64,000 nucleotides of DNA from Candidatus Nomurabacteria bacterium (GTDB taxonomy: Bacteria; Patescibacteriota; Minisyncoccia; Phycocordibacterales; UBA918). This document shows positions 45,586 to 55,254 of this stretch, one piece after another (position 1 is the first letter of the stretch; every line of letters begins with the position of its first letter). Below the pieces are notes generated by a model. That model was not told the DNA's origin. It saw only the letters and a program-made list of their open reading frames with translations, and made no database searches. The position numbers were made by a program, and so were the translations under genes. The stretch spans positions 936,470-1,000,469 of the forward strand of contig JACKGH010000001.1 in NCBI GenBank assembly GCA_020632075.1, written 5' to 3'.

Positions 45586-46899
45586 TTGGAAACTCAAAAC
45601 ACAAATGTAGTCGAGTCGGAGACAGAAAAGTCCTCCGAAGAGGCAGGCCTGCTGACTGAAGCCGTCGAAGAGACGAAGAGTGTCGGCTGGGTTGCGAAGG
45701 CGTACGTGGCATTGGTGGCAACTCTCACTGGTGTGGCAACGTACTATTTTGGTCCGGTCGGACTGATCACGCTGCTCCTCATGGGGCTGATGTCTCGCAT
45801 CGACGCTGGTGATCCGATGTCGATGGCTATCGATAAATGGGTGTACAAGCTCATCGTGAGCACGGTCACCCTACTGCTCGTCTCTGTCTATGGCTTCTGG
45901 TTCCTGCCGCTCTTGCTTCTGCTTGGCGGTCGGAAGCTGCTCGGGTGGGTTGCTACCCTCCAGGGGCAGTTCTGGAAACTCGTGTTGATCGCGATTGCGT
46001 ACAAACCGTTCCCGATAGGGCTAGCCAACAAGCTGGCCTCTAGGAAATCAGTTGAGGAGGTGTTGTTCGGTTCGCCGGCAGACGCCAAGTCATTCCTTCG
46101 CAGTGATGCATGGAATACAACGAAGGAAATGTACGACACGCTGATGCCAGAGCAACAGGGCGATCAGTCTACGTGGGCCAACGTGCTTTCGTATGTGATC
46201 GTTCTCGGTGTCATTGTGCCTGGTACTATCTGGGCAGCTGACTACCACTGGGATCATGTCCTGAAGTTCTACGATCTCCTGTCGGAGTTCGTTTCAGGCA
46301 CGCTCTCGGGTATCGGCGGTGCGGTCTTGGCGATCGGCAGTGGTCATATTCTCGACCTATTTGGCGAGACCTGGAACCTGCTCAAGGTGGTAGCGACAAC
46401 AATCAGTGCTTTTATCGGCCTGATTATCTTCGACTTCACGATCAACATCTTCTTGCACCTGATGATCCTCATTGGTGCGGAACGGCTTTACAGCAAAAGT
46501 GAGTCTTTCCGTAACTGGGTGCATCGGACGTTCAATCAAGTCAAGGAGCTCTTTAAGAAGAGTAAGGGTGGCATCGTGACGTTCCTCCGTCGCCAGCCTC
46601 GGCTGGTGCAAGGGGCTTTGATCGCTATGTCTGGTCCGGCAGTGCTGGTTGTTGCTATGGTCATCTGGCTGTGGCAGGTCGCAAGGCTCTTCGTCTTGAA
46701 GAAGCTGGCGATCGTGCTCATGAAACAGCCGGTCTTGAAGGCTCGCAAGAGCGAACGGCTTCGCAACTTCCTGTCAAAGCAGCGAGAAAATCTGCTGGCA
46801 CGGATCAAGGGCGAATCGTCCACCAAAGAAGATGTTGTAGAACTGTCACCTGACATGCCTGCACATAGAGAAGCGGAGAACAGCTCGGTCTCGAAGTAA
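45586..46899 (+). CDS. polytopic membrane protein
   Basis: A 437-aa protein with many TM helices and an unknown family. Confidence 0.45.
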   Translation: METQNTNVVESETEKSSEEAGLLTEAVEETKSVGWVAKAYVALVATLTGVATYYFGPVGLITLLLMGLMSRIDAGDPMSMAIDKWVYKLIVSTVTLLLVSVYGFWFLPLLLLLGGRKLLGWVATLQGQFWKLVLIAIAYKPFPIGLANKLASRKSVEEVLFGSPADAKSFLRSDAWNTTKEMYDTLMPEQQGDQSTWANVLSYVIVLGVIVPGTIWAADYHWDHVLKFYDLLSEFVSGTLSGIGGAVLAIGSGHILDLFGETWNLLKVVATTISAFIGLIIFDFTINIFLHLMILIGAERLYSKSESFRNWVHRTFNQVKELFKKSKGGIVTFLRRQPRLVQGALIAMSGPAVLVVAMVIWLWQVARLFVLKKLAIVLMKQPVLKARKSERLRNFLSKQRENLLARIKGESSTKEDVVELSPDMPAHREAENSSVSK

Positions 46900-47046
46900 C
46901 ACTCAACGTAAACGAGAGAGAAAGTATTGTGAAGAAGCAGCCCGCGGTGGGGAACACCGCGGGCTTTTTGTTTTTGTATGAAAAATAGAAAGTGGCCAAG
47001 AGCGTTGCTCTTGGCCACTGAAGGTGCTGGTGAGGCGAAGCTGTGT

Positions 47047-47553
47047 TCAGCAGATCTTGTCGATCAGCTTCGATGCAGTCTCTTTGATGCTTTGGAAGGT
47101 GTGCTTGATCTTGTCGATCAAGATCTGACGCGCTTCTTCGCGGGACAGGAACTTGTCCTTGTCTGTCACGATGTCATGGAACGGCTGCTGTGCCGCGATG
47201 AGTGCAGCACGTTGTTCATCGGTGACTTTGCCGAGTGCGACCATCGCGTCTGCGAAGTTGTCTTTGCTACGGTTCTCCCAGATGTTGATTGTCTTCACAG
47301 GCGCGAGTACTGCCAGAATGGCAAGGCCGAAAATTTTGACAGAGCCGTAGAACATTGGCCAGAACGATTTGCTCAAGAGCAGCAGAAAGAAGGCCAGTAA
47401 GCCTTTCAGGCCAAACGCGAAAATCAGAAGTGCCACGAATGCCGCAGTTCCAGCCAGAATGACCTGACACTTGGTGAGGCCGTAGTACAGCTTCTTCTCG
47501 ACGACAGTTGCTTCGACGGCAGAAGTAGTGTCCTGAGTGGTCTCGTCGACCAT
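47047..47553 (-). CDS. small membrane protein
   Basis: 168 aa with two TM helices. Confidence 0.4.
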   Translation of the reverse strand: MVDETTQDTTSAVEATVVEKKLYYGLTKCQVILAGTAAFVALLIFAFGLKGLLAFFLLLLSKSFWPMFYGSVKIFGLAILAVLAPVKTINIWENRSKDNFADAMVALGKVTDEQRAALIAAQQPFHDIVTDKDKFLSREEARQILIDKIKHTFQSIKETASKLIDKIC

Positions 47554-47662
47554 GCTTCACCTCCTCGGTGATGGTTGTTTGAAAGAATCCTGTGTAAATA
47601 ATAACATAAATAACACTTTTGTCAAAGATTTATGTAAGAGTTACACCGCAATTATTTCAATT

Positions 47663-47694
47663 AAAAAGCTCCCAGCCGTGTGGCTGAGAGCTTT
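47663..47694 (-). terminator. intrinsic terminator for 47715..48390
   Basis: The minus strand reads aaagctctcagccacacggctgggagcttttt. Confidence 0.5.
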
Positions 47695-47714
47695 GGTTGC
47701 TTGAACCGCGAGGG

Positions 47715-48390
47715 TCAGAAAATCGGTGTGCTGATGCTCATTCCGACGACCCAGTGCGAATCCTCACGCTCGCGCATCGTGTACGTAGTCTCAAGGAATG
47801 TCAGCGTGGTGTCGCCGAGCGCGATGCTCGGTGCCAGGGAGAGTTCTCCGAACCAGACCTCCTCTTCGTACGTGGTGTCGTACCCGGCACGAATGCTGGG
47901 TGTCAGAGTCACGGTATCGAGCGAAAAGTCCTTGCTGACCCCACCGTGGAAGATGAAGCCGTTGCTGGCGCTGTCGTCGATGATCTTCCAGTACTCGACA
48001 CCGACGAAGCCGGACATGTCCATGAAGTCATGATCGATCCGCGCTGCAGCGACGATCGCATCGCCGGTCGTGTTGTTCATGTCCGGGATGTTGAACCAGC
48101 TGACCGACAGGTCGAGCGAGGTTCCTTCGTCGATCTCGATGATCTTCCCGACGGTACCGTCGATCTCCTCGAAGTCGATGACGTCGTTGAGAGCGAACCA
48201 GCCGTTGAGATAGAAGCCGCTGTCGTGTTCGACGTATGCGTTGGCTTCTCCGAGCGGGTTGTCACGCACCTCGTAGCCGTTGTAGACGTACTTGCTCTTC
48301 CCACCAAGGGAAAGCTCTCCCGACAAATCGGCCAGGGAGGTGAGCGGTGCGAGGATGAGAATTGCAGCTGCAATGATGATCTTGTTCAAG
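47715..48390 (-). CDS. signal-peptide protein with alternating beta-strand pattern and C-terminal Phe (MipA/OmpV-like outer-membrane beta-barrel candidate); TTG start
   Basis: A TTG start at 48388-48390 gives MNKIIIAAAILILAPLTSLA. The protein has alternating hydrophobic residues and ends ...SISTPIF. Confidence 0.4.
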
Positions 48391-48527
48391 AGCGTAGCAC
48401 TCCAGTAGATTTGGGCGAAGTGCCGTTGATTACTATATAACATATTTACAAAAATCAAGTATTTGGCATACTGATACTTTACAAAACATACTTTATGTAG
48501 TTTGATCTTACCTAGATTTTACGGTAT

Positions 48528-49655
48528 TTGCTGAAGGAGGCAATCTTGAAAGAATCACTACCTACTGTGGACAATCAAGTATTGGAAGCGGTGCAAGTTG
48601 TGAAGGAGACGTTCGCGTTTGATTTTTGGGGCACTGATGGCTCCAAGATACTGATCTGCTTTCTGCTCACACTCTTCCTGTTTATCTTGTCTGAGCCGGT
48701 GCGCGCATACCTGCGCAAACGAAACGGTGACGAGGGCAAGACGATCCGCTTGATGCAGGGGAAGGCTGGCTGGGTGTCGCTCGGGATCATCTTGGTAACA
48801 TCGTACGCTGCTGCGTACTACCTCAAGAATGCGATCGATGTGATCGAGATCCCCACCTATCTACTCGGCATCATTGTCTTGGTGCGGTGGATCAACGGTA
48901 TGATCCGTGGTCCGCTGCTCAAGGCAGCTAAGTTGATCTGGGATACGCAAACGAATGATCACTTGCGAAAGGTCGGCATGCTCGCCACGTATGCGGTGAT
49001 ATCGTTTGGGGTGTATTTGGCACTCAGTGTGCTTAGCTACAACATCCAGGATCTGGTCGATCTTGGTCTGCCTGACTGGGTAACAGCGACGGCATCGGCA
49101 CTGGTATTCTTGCCGTTCTTGCAAGCGTTGGTGCAAAGTCTCGCGCTCTCCAATGACCGCAAGATGGAAGTGGGTGAGTGGGTGAAGATCGGCGACGTCG
49201 TCGCAAAGCTTAAGTGGAGCACGTTGCGTGGTTTAGTCCTTGAGGACGCGGAAGGAGTTGAGGTGGTCATACCAAACTCCATAGTGGAGAAAAGTGAATT
49301 CCGCAATCTGAGCAAGCGTAAGCGCTGGCGTGATACGTTCACGTTCTATGTCAGTGCTCAGGTGCCACCGGCCGCTCTCAGTGAACTTCGTAGCAGTGTG
49401 CTCACGCATATTGCTCAAGACTCGGAGTGCAAGCCGCAGCGGTGCTGGTTTCAGCAAGAATATCCTGGCGTGATCACGTTGCGGGTAATCGTCGATATCG
49501 AACCGCCAAGGAATGCGCCAGATCGTGGCGCTCTCCGAGACGAGAAGTACGACAAGGTATTTCAGCTGGTGGGTACGCTGATCGACTCGAGTGGTCAGGT
49601 GAACATGTTTCAACTTCAGCCACCGATCACTGGCGCACTGCCGCAATTGCCGTAA
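48528..49655 (+). CDS. MscS-family mechanosensitive channel
   Basis: VGEWVKIGDVVAKLKWSTLRGLVLEDAEGVEVVIPNSIV matches the MscS beta-domain signature (GDxVxIG...G.VE.I.....IR..DG.....PNS), with TM helices upstream. Confidence 0.7.
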   Translation: MLKEAILKESLPTVDNQVLEAVQVVKETFAFDFWGTDGSKILICFLLTLFLFILSEPVRAYLRKRNGDEGKTIRLMQGKAGWVSLGIILVTSYAAAYYLKNAIDVIEIPTYLLGIIVLVRWINGMIRGPLLKAAKLIWDTQTNDHLRKVGMLATYAVISFGVYLALSVLSYNIQDLVDLGLPDWVTATASALVFLPFLQALVQSLALSNDRKMEVGEWVKIGDVVAKLKWSTLRGLVLEDAEGVEVVIPNSIVEKSEFRNLSKRKRWRDTFTFYVSAQVPPAALSELRSSVLTHIAQDSECKPQRCWFQQEYPGVITLRVIVDIEPPRNAPDRGALRDEKYDKVFQLVGTLIDSSGQVNMFQLQPPITGALPQLP

Positions 49656-49812
49656 GTTCGTTTGTCGACTGTTCGACGAAGCCCCGACCACATGGTCGGG
49701 GCTTTTATATTGACAAAATTGATTTTTATAGTAATTTTTCTGCAGCGTTTGTCGCTATTTAAGACAAAAAGTACACCTGTTCATAGACATCACTGTGTAA
49801 GGAGTGTGAAAT

Positions 49813-51027
49813 ATGCGAACAGATTCAAACCCAGCCAACACGGCAATTTCGCTGACGGTGGTAGCGGTAATCTTTCTATCGATCAGTCTGAAGATCTTCG
49901 CGCCGTATCTGACCCCGGTGGTCGTTGCGGCTACGATGGGTATTCTGACCTGGGGAGCGTTCACGCGGTTGCGTGACCTGCTTGCCAGATCGCGCTGGCT
50001 GAAACCGTATTCGCCTGCTGCCGCAGCCTTCATTATCTGGCTGCTGACGACGAGTGTGGTAATCCTGCCAGGGTTCTTCCTTGGTAATTACGCACTCGTA
50101 AGCGGTATCGGTACGATTCGCGAGTTTATTGGTGACTTCCTGCTCGAGCATGAGTCGATCAATGCCTTCCTGCAAACACAGATCAGCAATCTGGTTTCAA
50201 TGCTGCCTGAAGAGGTGGTGCCAACGGTGCAAGAACGTCTCGGCGAGTTTGCTACCGTCGGTGCGCTGTTCAGTGGCAAGATGGGTGGAGCCGCCTTTGG
50301 TTTCATCTCTTCGGCTTCGGTCAGTGTGCTCGGTGCGGTGGGGACACTCGCGTTCTCGCTCTTGTTGTTTTTCTTCGTACACACCGATGGACCTGCATTC
50401 CTGAAGTGGATGAACGAGAAGCTGTATCTGCGCGAGCGTGGCGATGATATGTTCACCGAGGTGGCTGGTCTGATCAAGGGCATTGTCCTTGGATCAGTAC
50501 TGGTGCAGTTTATTCAAGCTTCGGCGTATAGTCTGACGCTGTTTGGCATCTCGCTGTTCGTGGACATTCCGAACCTCGGTGTGTGGATCGCAGTCATCAT
50601 GATCGCAGGCACCATTATTCCGGTGGTCGCCACTGCCGGAATGGCAATCGCGGTGGGAATGCTGTTCTACTCGGGCGCATTCATCCCCGGCATTGTCGGT
50701 GTGGTGGTCATTGCGATCTTCTCTACCGTCGACGGGATCATCCGTGGCTGGTTCGTGGGTTCACAGGTAAAGATCCCGGTTTCACTGATCGTCTTCTCGA
50801 CGATCTTTGGCCTCGGCTTGTTCGGATTCGTGGGTTTGATCCTTGGTCCGGCAGTTGTCGCCTTGGGTAAATCAGCAGCCGGTCATGCAACTGAAGCGTT
50901 TGCCGAGTGGCGGCAGTTCAACGCTGAACGTGAAGCAGAAAAAATGCAGATCAAAGTCGAACAGCTCGATGAGACACGCAAGCTGCGCGAAACTATGGAG
51001 CGGCTTCTGGAAGCACAAAAACAGTAA
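49813..51027 (+). CDS. AI-2E family transporter (UPF0118/PerM-like)
   Basis: 8 TM helices with a characteristic topology; C-terminal LGLFGFVGLILGPAVVALGKS. Confidence 0.65.
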   Translation: MRTDSNPANTAISLTVVAVIFLSISLKIFAPYLTPVVVAATMGILTWGAFTRLRDLLARSRWLKPYSPAAAAFIIWLLTTSVVILPGFFLGNYALVSGIGTIREFIGDFLLEHESINAFLQTQISNLVSMLPEEVVPTVQERLGEFATVGALFSGKMGGAAFGFISSASVSVLGAVGTLAFSLLLFFFVHTDGPAFLKWMNEKLYLRERGDDMFTEVAGLIKGIVLGSVLVQFIQASAYSLTLFGISLFVDIPNLGVWIAVIMIAGTIIPVVATAGMAIAVGMLFYSGAFIPGIVGVVVIAIFSTVDGIIRGWFVGSQVKIPVSLIVFSTIFGLGLFGFVGLILGPAVVALGKSAAGHATEAFAEWRQFNAEREAEKMQIKVEQLDETRKLRETMERLLEAQKQ

Positions 51028-51138
51028 CGATGTATTCGATCGCCTTGGGGTAACCCGAGGCGATTTTTTATTTATAAACATGTAAAAAGGGCGCATGCGG
51101 ATGCATGCGCCCTTGGTGGTTGGAGAAATGTGAACTGA

Positions 51139-52314
51139 TCAGGCTTGCCGTGCTACCGAAGACTTGGCCGGTTCGGCGGGCTGCAGCTGTACTTCCATGA
51201 TTGGCGGCTTGTGCTTGGTGATCAGAGACAGGCTGCCACGAAGGGCCGCCAGGATACGATCGCGATCGGCAGTGATTCGTCCGAGCTTTTCGGCATCGAT
51301 CCTTGCCTGATAGACGTACCAGTGTTCGTCGACTTGGATCGAGAGCAGATCTCCCTCGAGCGAGAACACGGTTACCGTTGGACGCTTGCGAAACGCACGA
51401 TCACCAAGTCGCACTTCACCATCGTTCTCTTTGTCGCCTGGGTGCGCGATCTGCAGAAGCAGATTCTTGGCGTCTGCCGGCAGCATGCGCGATGGAACAG
51501 TGGTGCGGTAGGTTGTCTTGTAGGCCTGTTCGCCAACACCCCCTTCCGTCGTGACCTGCTCCTGGTCTACGAGGCCGTGGGCCGCGTTGACCATACGGGG
51601 CAGCATGGCACCGAGCTGTGCTTCGAGCACGGTGGACAATTGCGCGATGGCAGCTTCGCCAAACGGAAGTTCGGTCGGGGCTGCTGCCGGTTGCGGAATG
51701 CGGGATACGATCGACTCGATGATCTGATCGACCGGGATCGGCTTGAAGCTGGCGTCTCCCTTGGGGAGCTTGAGCGCTGCGAGGGCTGCTTCGAGACGTT
51801 CGGTCATAAGCGCCTTCGTCTCTTCGTTCCAGTTCCTCATCTCGTCTTCCAGCTGTTTGTTCCGGTCGATTGCCTTCGACAGTTGGAAGTGAAGCGATTC
51901 GTTGGAGGCGTTCAACTTTTGACGCTCTTCAATGAGATTTGCGATTCGCTCATCTGAGTCTCGTTCATTCTTGTCCATCTCCTCAGCTTGCTGATAGAGT
52001 CGCTCGTTGAGCGCCTTTTCGATTCGGCTGCTCGACACTGCGACAGCGATCAGGCTAACCACTGAGATACACACGACCAGGCTACCGAGGATGATCGTTG
52101 TGCCAGGGTGAGCAGTGACCACTTCGGTCGCGCGCTCCCACTGGTTGCGGGCAGGTTGAGTCAGTTCGGCGGTTTTCGTCTGCGCCAAGTTGATGGTATC
52201 TTGAACCGAAAGGCCCTTTTGTTTGGCGTACAGACCACCGATCAGTGCCGTTGTGATCCCTACGACCAACAGAAGCATCAATGCAAAAAAGCTTGCGAGT
52301 AGGATTCTTTTCAC
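51139..52314 (-). CDS. membrane-anchored coiled-coil protein (GTG start)
   Basis: 391 aa; N-terminal TM helices, a coiled-coil region, and an AAGGAGA RBS. Confidence 0.45.
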   Translation of the reverse strand: MKRILLASFFALMLLLVVGITTALIGGLYAKQKGLSVQDTINLAQTKTAELTQPARNQWERATEVVTAHPGTTIILGSLVVCISVVSLIAVAVSSSRIEKALNERLYQQAEEMDKNERDSDERIANLIEERQKLNASNESLHFQLSKAIDRNKQLEDEMRNWNEETKALMTERLEAALAALKLPKGDASFKPIPVDQIIESIVSRIPQPAAAPTELPFGEAAIAQLSTVLEAQLGAMLPRMVNAAHGLVDQEQVTTEGGVGEQAYKTTYRTTVPSRMLPADAKNLLLQIAHPGDKENDGEVRLGDRAFRKRPTVTVFSLEGDLLSIQVDEHWYVYQARIDAEKLGRITADRDRILAALRGSLSLITKHKPPIMEVQLQPAEPAKSSVARQA

Positions 52315-52420
52315 GTATTTCTCCTTGTATAGGAACGGGGGAGCTAAATGTCACCAAAAAGGTGGTGACGACCTGCGCAATTTTTACTGTATGTAAGGCA
52401 CCTTGTCAATGTTAGGTGTG

Positions 52421-52451
52421 GCGCGCGAGGCTTTAGCCGAGCGCGCTTTTT
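52421..52451 (+). promoter_or_regulatory. terminator-like hairpin plus T5 in the leader upstream of rpsN (possible attenuator or small-RNA terminator)
   Basis: ggcgcgcgaggctttagccgagcgcgcttttt; there is no plus-strand CDS upstream. Confidence 0.3.
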
Positions 52452-52624
52452 CTATTGCTTTTTATACATATTCTGGTATTCTTGCCCGCAAGACGAACGG
52501 TCATTGTTCTCATATATATGAGTGACCCGACGTTGAAGGTGAACACGCATGCGTGTAAGCCGGATTTATTCACGAGTAAGTCGTCGATTCTAGGCGATAC
52601 TGCTCACAATTTAATACTTGGTAC

Positions 52625-52810
52625 ATGGCTAAAAAGTCAATGATCATCAAGGCGCAACGAGCGCCTAAGTTCAAGTCACGTGTCGTACGACGCTGTACAC
52701 TTTGTGGACGTCCACACGGCTACCTTCGTGACTTCGGCATGTGTCGTATTTGCTTCCGTGAACAGGCACACGAAGGACATATACCAGGCGTAAGGAAATC
52801 ATCATGGTAG
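52625..52810 (+). CDS. rpsN: 30S ribosomal protein S14, zinc-binding type Z
   Basis: 61 aa; [23 protein letters not shown] has four Cys. Confidence 0.9.
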   Translation: MAKKSMIIKAQRAPKFKSRVVRRCTLCGRPHGYLRDFGMCRICFREQAHEGHIPGVRKSSW

Positions 52811-53199
52811 GCGATACTATTGGCGATCTCATCATTCGCCTGAAGAACGCCGGTGCAGTGAATAAGGATACTGTTTCAGCTCCGTATTCAAAGCTCCGTT
52901 TAGCAGTTCTCACAAAGCTTGCAGATGCTGGCTACATTGAGTCAGTAACTGAAAAGGGCAAGCAGGTACAAGAAAAAACCCTCGAAGTGACACTTCGCTA
53001 CGAGAATGGTTCACCACGCATCAGCGGCGTGAAGCGTATCTCAAAGCCAGGTCGACGTCTCTACACGAAGGTGACGGATCTTCATCCGGTTAAGTTTGGA
53101 AAGGGGCACATGATCCTCTCAACTCCAGCAGGTATCCTCACCAATGAGGAAGCCAAGGAGAAGAAGGTGGGTGGTGAGCAGCTTTTCATTATTTGGTAA
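52804..53199 (+). CDS. rpsH: 30S ribosomal protein S8
   Basis: [16 protein letters not shown]...[30 protein letters not shown]. Confidence 0.95.
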   Translation: MVGDTIGDLIIRLKNAGAVNKDTVSAPYSKLRLAVLTKLADAGYIESVTEKGKQVQEKTLEVTLRYENGSPRISGVKRISKPGRRLYTKVTDLHPVKFGKGHMILSTPAGILTNEEAKEKKVGGEQLFIIW

Positions 53200-53203
53200 G
53201 CGT

Positions 53204-53737
53204 ATGTCACGACTAGGAAAACAACCAGTGGCCATCCCAAGCGGGGTTGAGATCAAGCTTGAGAATGGTGTACTGACAGTGAAAGGTCCAAAGGCGACAC
53301 TTTCACGACCAGTGCGTGAGCAGGATGTGACTTTCACGATTGAAGGAAACACCATCACGCTTGAACCAACCAAGACCGAAGCAGCTCCAGCAATGTGGGG
53401 GACCTATGCTGCGCACGTGCGCAACATGATCACTGGTGTTACTGAAGGATACGAAAAGATCCTTCAGATCGAAGGTGTGGGGTACCGCGCTGAGGTAAAG
53501 GGTAACGAGATCGTCCTCAACGTAGGATTCTCACACCCAGTACCACTCACTATTCCAGAAGGAATTTCTGCAGAGGTAGTGAAGAACGAGATCAAGCTCA
53601 CTGGATCAGACAAAGATGCACTCGGACAGTTCGCTGCCAACGTGCGTAAGGTGAAGAAGCCTGAGCCATACAAGGGTAAGGGTATTCGCTACCAGGGAGA
53701 ATTCATTATTCGCAAGCAAGGTAAGAAGGCTGTATAG
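53204..53737 (+). CDS. rplF: 50S ribosomal protein L6
   Basis: [31 protein letters not shown]. The start is taken at the ATG at 53204. Confidence 0.95.
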   Translation: MSRLGKQPVAIPSGVEIKLENGVLTVKGPKATLSRPVREQDVTFTIEGNTITLEPTKTEAAPAMWGTYAAHVRNMITGVTEGYEKILQIEGVGYRAEVKGNEIVLNVGFSHPVPLTIPEGISAEVVKNEIKLTGSDKDALGQFAANVRKVKKPEPYKGKGIRYQGEFIIRKQGKKAV

Positions 53738-53748
53738 GCTACTCATAT

Positions 53749-54099
53749 ATGGAAAAGTCACAATACAAAACACAGATGCGTGCCAAGCGACACAATCGTT
53801 TGCGTCACAAGGTATCTGGTACAGCTGCACGCCCTCGCTTGGCTGTATTTCGTAGCAATAAGTTTGTGTACGCACAGCTTATTGATGACACAGCAGGAAA
53901 GACCATTGCGTCTGCAGATTCTCGCAAGGGTGCAAAAGGCACCGCAGTAGAGAAAGCAAAGGCAGTTGGTACTGAGATCGCAAAGAAGGCAAAAGACGCA
54001 AAGATCGAAACAGTAGTCTTCGACCGCGGTGGCTTCCAGTACGCTGGAATTGTCGCTGCACTCGCAGACGCTGCTCGTGAAGGAGGACTCCGCTTCTAG
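53749..54099 (+). CDS. rplR: 50S ribosomal protein L18
   Basis: [20 protein letters not shown]...[12 protein letters not shown]. Confidence 0.95.
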   Translation: MEKSQYKTQMRAKRHNRLRHKVSGTAARPRLAVFRSNKFVYAQLIDDTAGKTIASADSRKGAKGTAVEKAKAVGTEIAKKAKDAKIETVVFDRGGFQYAGIVAALADAAREGGLRF

Positions 54100-54136
54100 A
54101 TAGTGCGGAATATTACTAAAATCTAAACATTGCAAA

Positions 54137-54784
54137 ATGTCAGAAAAAGAACAGCAGGAAGCTACAACTGACGTGAAGTCAGATGCTGCTACTACAGCAG
54201 CTGCTCCAACTGAAAAGGGAGCTACCGATGCACCGGCTGCCGAAGGTGATCAGCGTGGTCCACGTCGCCGTGGTCCAGGTGGTCGCCGCGGTGGAAATGA
54301 TCGCCGAGGTGGACGTCGTCCACGTCGCGGTGGTCGTCCCGAGCGAGTGCGTCCAGAATTTGATCAGAAGATCGTCAGTATCCGTCGAGTTACTCGTGTG
54401 ATGGCTGGTGGCCGCCGCTTCTCATTCTCAGTATCAATGGTGATCGGAGACAAGAAGGGTAAGGTTGGTGTTGGTATCGGTAAGGCCGGTGACACACAGC
54501 TTGCGATCGAAAAGGCAGTACGCGACGCAAAGAAGAATATGATCGTGGTACCAATGGACAAGGATGCACGCATCCCACACGATGTACACGTGAAGTATGC
54601 ATCATCAGAAGTGATGATCATGCCAGCACCAGGTCGTGGACTCGTCGCTGGTTCGTCAGTACGTACTGTACTTGAACTCGCTGGAGTAAAGGATGTAACT
54701 GCAAAGATCTTCTCTCGTTCAAAGAACAAGCTTAACAATGCTCGCGCTGCTGTCGAAGCGCTCAAGCAACTTAAGAAAGGCTAG
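54137..54784 (+). CDS. rpsE: 30S ribosomal protein S5 with an Arg/Gly-rich N-terminal extension of about 75 aa
   Basis: The S5 core is IRRVTRVMAGGRRFSFSVSMVIGDKKGKVGVGIGKAG. The N-terminal extension reads RGPRRRGPGGRRGGNDRRGGRRPRRGGRP. Confidence 0.95.
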   Translation: MSEKEQQEATTDVKSDAATTAAAPTEKGATDAPAAEGDQRGPRRRGPGGRRGGNDRRGGRRPRRGGRPERVRPEFDQKIVSIRRVTRVMAGGRRFSFSVSMVIGDKKGKVGVGIGKAGDTQLAIEKAVRDAKKNMIVVPMDKDARIPHDVHVKYASSEVMIMPAPGRGLVAGSSVRTVLELAGVKDVTAKIFSRSKNKLNNARAAVEALKQLKKG

Positions 54785-54787
54785 TCT

Positions 54788-55237
54788 ATGCAACTTCATG
54801 AACTTCAGCCAAGCACCCCGCGAAAGAGCGCAAAGCGCATCGGTCGTGGTGGAAAGCGAGGCAAGACCTCAGGAAAGGGTCACAAGGGACAGAAGGCACG
54901 AGCTGGTAACAGCATGCGCCCAGAAATGCGTGACATCATCAAGAAGCTGCCAAAGCTCCGTGGTCATGGTAAGAACCGTGCTCGTACTGTGAATGCAGAA
55001 AAGGTGCGACCAATGGTAGTAAATCTTGCTGCGCTCGAAACAGCCTTTGAAGCTGGTGCAACTGTTACGCCAAAGACACTCGTGTCTGCTGGTGTGATCA
55101 CTACCAAGGCACGATGTGCTCCAGCAGTGAAGATCCTTGGTAACGGTGAACTTAAGAAGAAACTAGTTGTAGAAGATTGTCAGGTTTCAGGTTCTGCCAA
55201 AGAGAAGATTGAAGCGGCTGGCGGGAGTGTGAAATAA
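54788..55237 (+). CDS. rplO: 50S ribosomal protein L15
   Basis: RIGRGGKRGKTSGKGHKGQKAR. Confidence 0.95.
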   Translation: MQLHELQPSTPRKSAKRIGRGGKRGKTSGKGHKGQKARAGNSMRPEMRDIIKKLPKLRGHGKNRARTVNAEKVRPMVVNLAALETAFEAGATVTPKTLVSAGVITTKARCAPAVKILGNGELKKKLVVEDCQVSGSAKEKIEAAGGSVK

Positions 55238-55254
55238 GCGATAAGATACAGCTT

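Noticed and set aside
36634-52624. The 16-kb island considered as an integrated mobile element or prophage.
   Set aside because: There is no integrase, transposase, recombinase, phage structural gene or tRNA target, and no flanking direct repeats were seen. Composition and promoter/terminator style match the rest of the window.
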